A DNA stretch of 64,000 nt from a virus, in the IMG/VR virus record IMGVR_UViG_3300045988_122072, positions 96,001-160,000 of that record; one strand, 5' to 3'. A program made the position numbers and the translations under genes. Position 1 is the stretch's first letter; every line of letters starts with the position of its first letter. The notes beneath the pieces were generated by a model. The model did not search any database. It was not told where the DNA came from and saw nothing but the letters and a program-made list of their open reading frames with translations. Shown here one piece after another: positions 62,921 to 64,000 of this stretch.

Positions 62921-64000
62921 TTAGTTTATTGCTGTTGCACTAATAGTACCGCTATCGTCAACGGTAATCCTAAAACGTTTCGTACTATTAGGCGTTGAAG
63001 ATTTTAAAATCAATGCAGTTCCTTCAATAGTTCCTGCAAACCAACCATTGCCATTGTTGTCAACGGTATGAGCATTTGAACGATTCGTATTAGAATTTCC
63101 ATTGCCTACAATGTGTAGATATTTAGAGTTAGAATCTTCAATATTATATCTACCCTGAACATGCTGATTGGCACTTGATGCAATAGTGCCTTCTCCTTCT
63201 GTATGAGTGAAAGTTCCCATTGCTCTTGTTTTATAACCTTCACTATGGGAATAACCACCAGCAGCAATTGTTTCATATCCTTCTGCATGAGCACAACTAT
63301 CTAGAGCCAAAGTGTCGTCGCCCTCTGTATGGCATTGATCATATTTAGCAAGATTAAACTTCGTAGTTTCCCAAGTAGTAATAATCGTATCCTTGTTAGT
63401 CGAGGTTGTAATAGAAGAAGGAATATCATTTGATCCTCTTCCTTCCGCATGTGAAGAGTGACCCATAGCGTTGGTACTATATCCTTCAGCATGTGCAGTC
63501 TGCCCACTAGCTATACTGCCTTGTCCCTCTGCGTGAGAAGCGTTTCCTGACGCTATTGTAACCGAACCTTCAGCGTGCGAGCACCCTTCTTGTGCAATTG
63601 ACTGATATCCCTCAGCATGTGAATATTGCCCATTTGCTTGCGTAGTAAATCCCTCTGCGTGAGAAACATAATTACCAGCTTTACTTTTATATCCTTCTAC
63701 ATGTGAATACTTACCAATTGCAGAATTAGTTGTATAATCATTAAAAATCTCAGAATGTTGACCACTACCAGATTTACCAATTAAATTTGGCTTGTTATAT
63801 AAATTGTTATAATTACCGTCAAAATCACTGGCTCCTATATTATATCTTACTTGCGCTTGTTGCATCTGTGTCAGTACCTGTTGAGTAGTCCTGAGAATAT
63901 CATTTGGGATATACTTGCTATCGATTGTATGAATAATGGTAGTATCTTTATTAATTTGTATACTATGCGTTCCTCCACTATTCTCAGTCTTCACATAAAC
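62921..64000 (-). CDS. Fibre-like protein with tandem SHAEG repeats (possibly 5'-truncated by the window edge)
   Basis: At least eight xSHAEG(x)xTxAxGxx repeats of the YadA-head / fibre type. The frame remains open to nt 64000, so the listed GTG start at 63994 may not be the true start. Confidence 0.6.
   Translation of the reverse strand, partial: VYVKTENSGGTHSIQINKDTTIIHTIDSKYIPNDILRTTQQVLTQMQQAQVRYNIGASDFDGNYNNLYNKPNLIGKSGSGQHSEIFNDYTTNSAIGKYSHVEGYKSKAGNYVSHAEGFTTQANGQYSHAEGYQSIAQEGCSHAEGSVTIASGNASHAEGQGSIASGQTAHAEGYSTNAMGHSSHAEGRGSNDIPSSITTSTNKDTIITTWETTKFNLAKYDQCHTEGDDTLALDSCAHAEGYETIAAGGYSHSEGYKTRAMGTFTHTEGEGTIASSANQHVQGRYNIEDSNSKYLHIVGNGNSNTNRSNAHTVDNNGNGWFAGTIEGTALILKSSTPNSTKRFRITVDDSGTISATAIN

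Overview
This 64-kb window looks like most of a temperate, siphovirus-like phage or prophage from a low-GC Firmicutes (probably clostridial) host. The host guess rests on sigma-A type TTGACA/TGnTATAAT promoters, AGGAGG Shine-Dalgarno sites, an LL-H holin and an amidase/SH3 endolysin.

Plus-strand arm, nt 1-29255 (early/middle genes):
- An RNA island at about 430-2850 with at least seven tRNA genes, one of them split by a group I intron, plus unassigned structured spacers.
- A cysteine desulfurase and a dCMP-deaminase-like protein.
- A cluster of RNA-repair-type enzymes: Rnl1-like RNA ligase, Pol-beta nucleotidyltransferase, P-loop kinase-HD fusion, radical SAM protein and Thg1-like 3'-5' nucleotidyltransferase.
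- NAD-dependent DNA ligase and a TnpB-only insertion element.
- A nucleotide-metabolism block: guanylate-kinase-like, deoxyribonucleotidase-like, ThyX-like, an intron-split class II ribonucleotide reductase and dUTPase.
- An excisionase-like gene, an att-like repeat region and a tyrosine integrase.

Minus-strand arm, nt 29287-64000 (late genes):
- Receptor-binding-type proteins, an endolysin, two holins and a RuvC-like resolvase.
- A tape-measure gene that appears split by a 1.8-kb group I intron carrying an HNH endonuclease. If spliced it would encode about 6,040 aa.
- Distal tail protein, a 1638-aa tail protein with about ten tandem domains, and a tail fibre.

Most notable observations:
- Three candidate group I introns, in tRNA-Leu, nrdJ and the tape-measure gene.
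- An unusually complete tRNA-repair gene set that includes a Thg1-like enzyme.
- A 15-nt box (ACAATACAAAATTAA) repeated downstream of the early-type promoters.
- A TnpB element sitting in one of those promoters.

All calls come from reading the sequence and from recalled family motifs. No searches or structure predictions were run.
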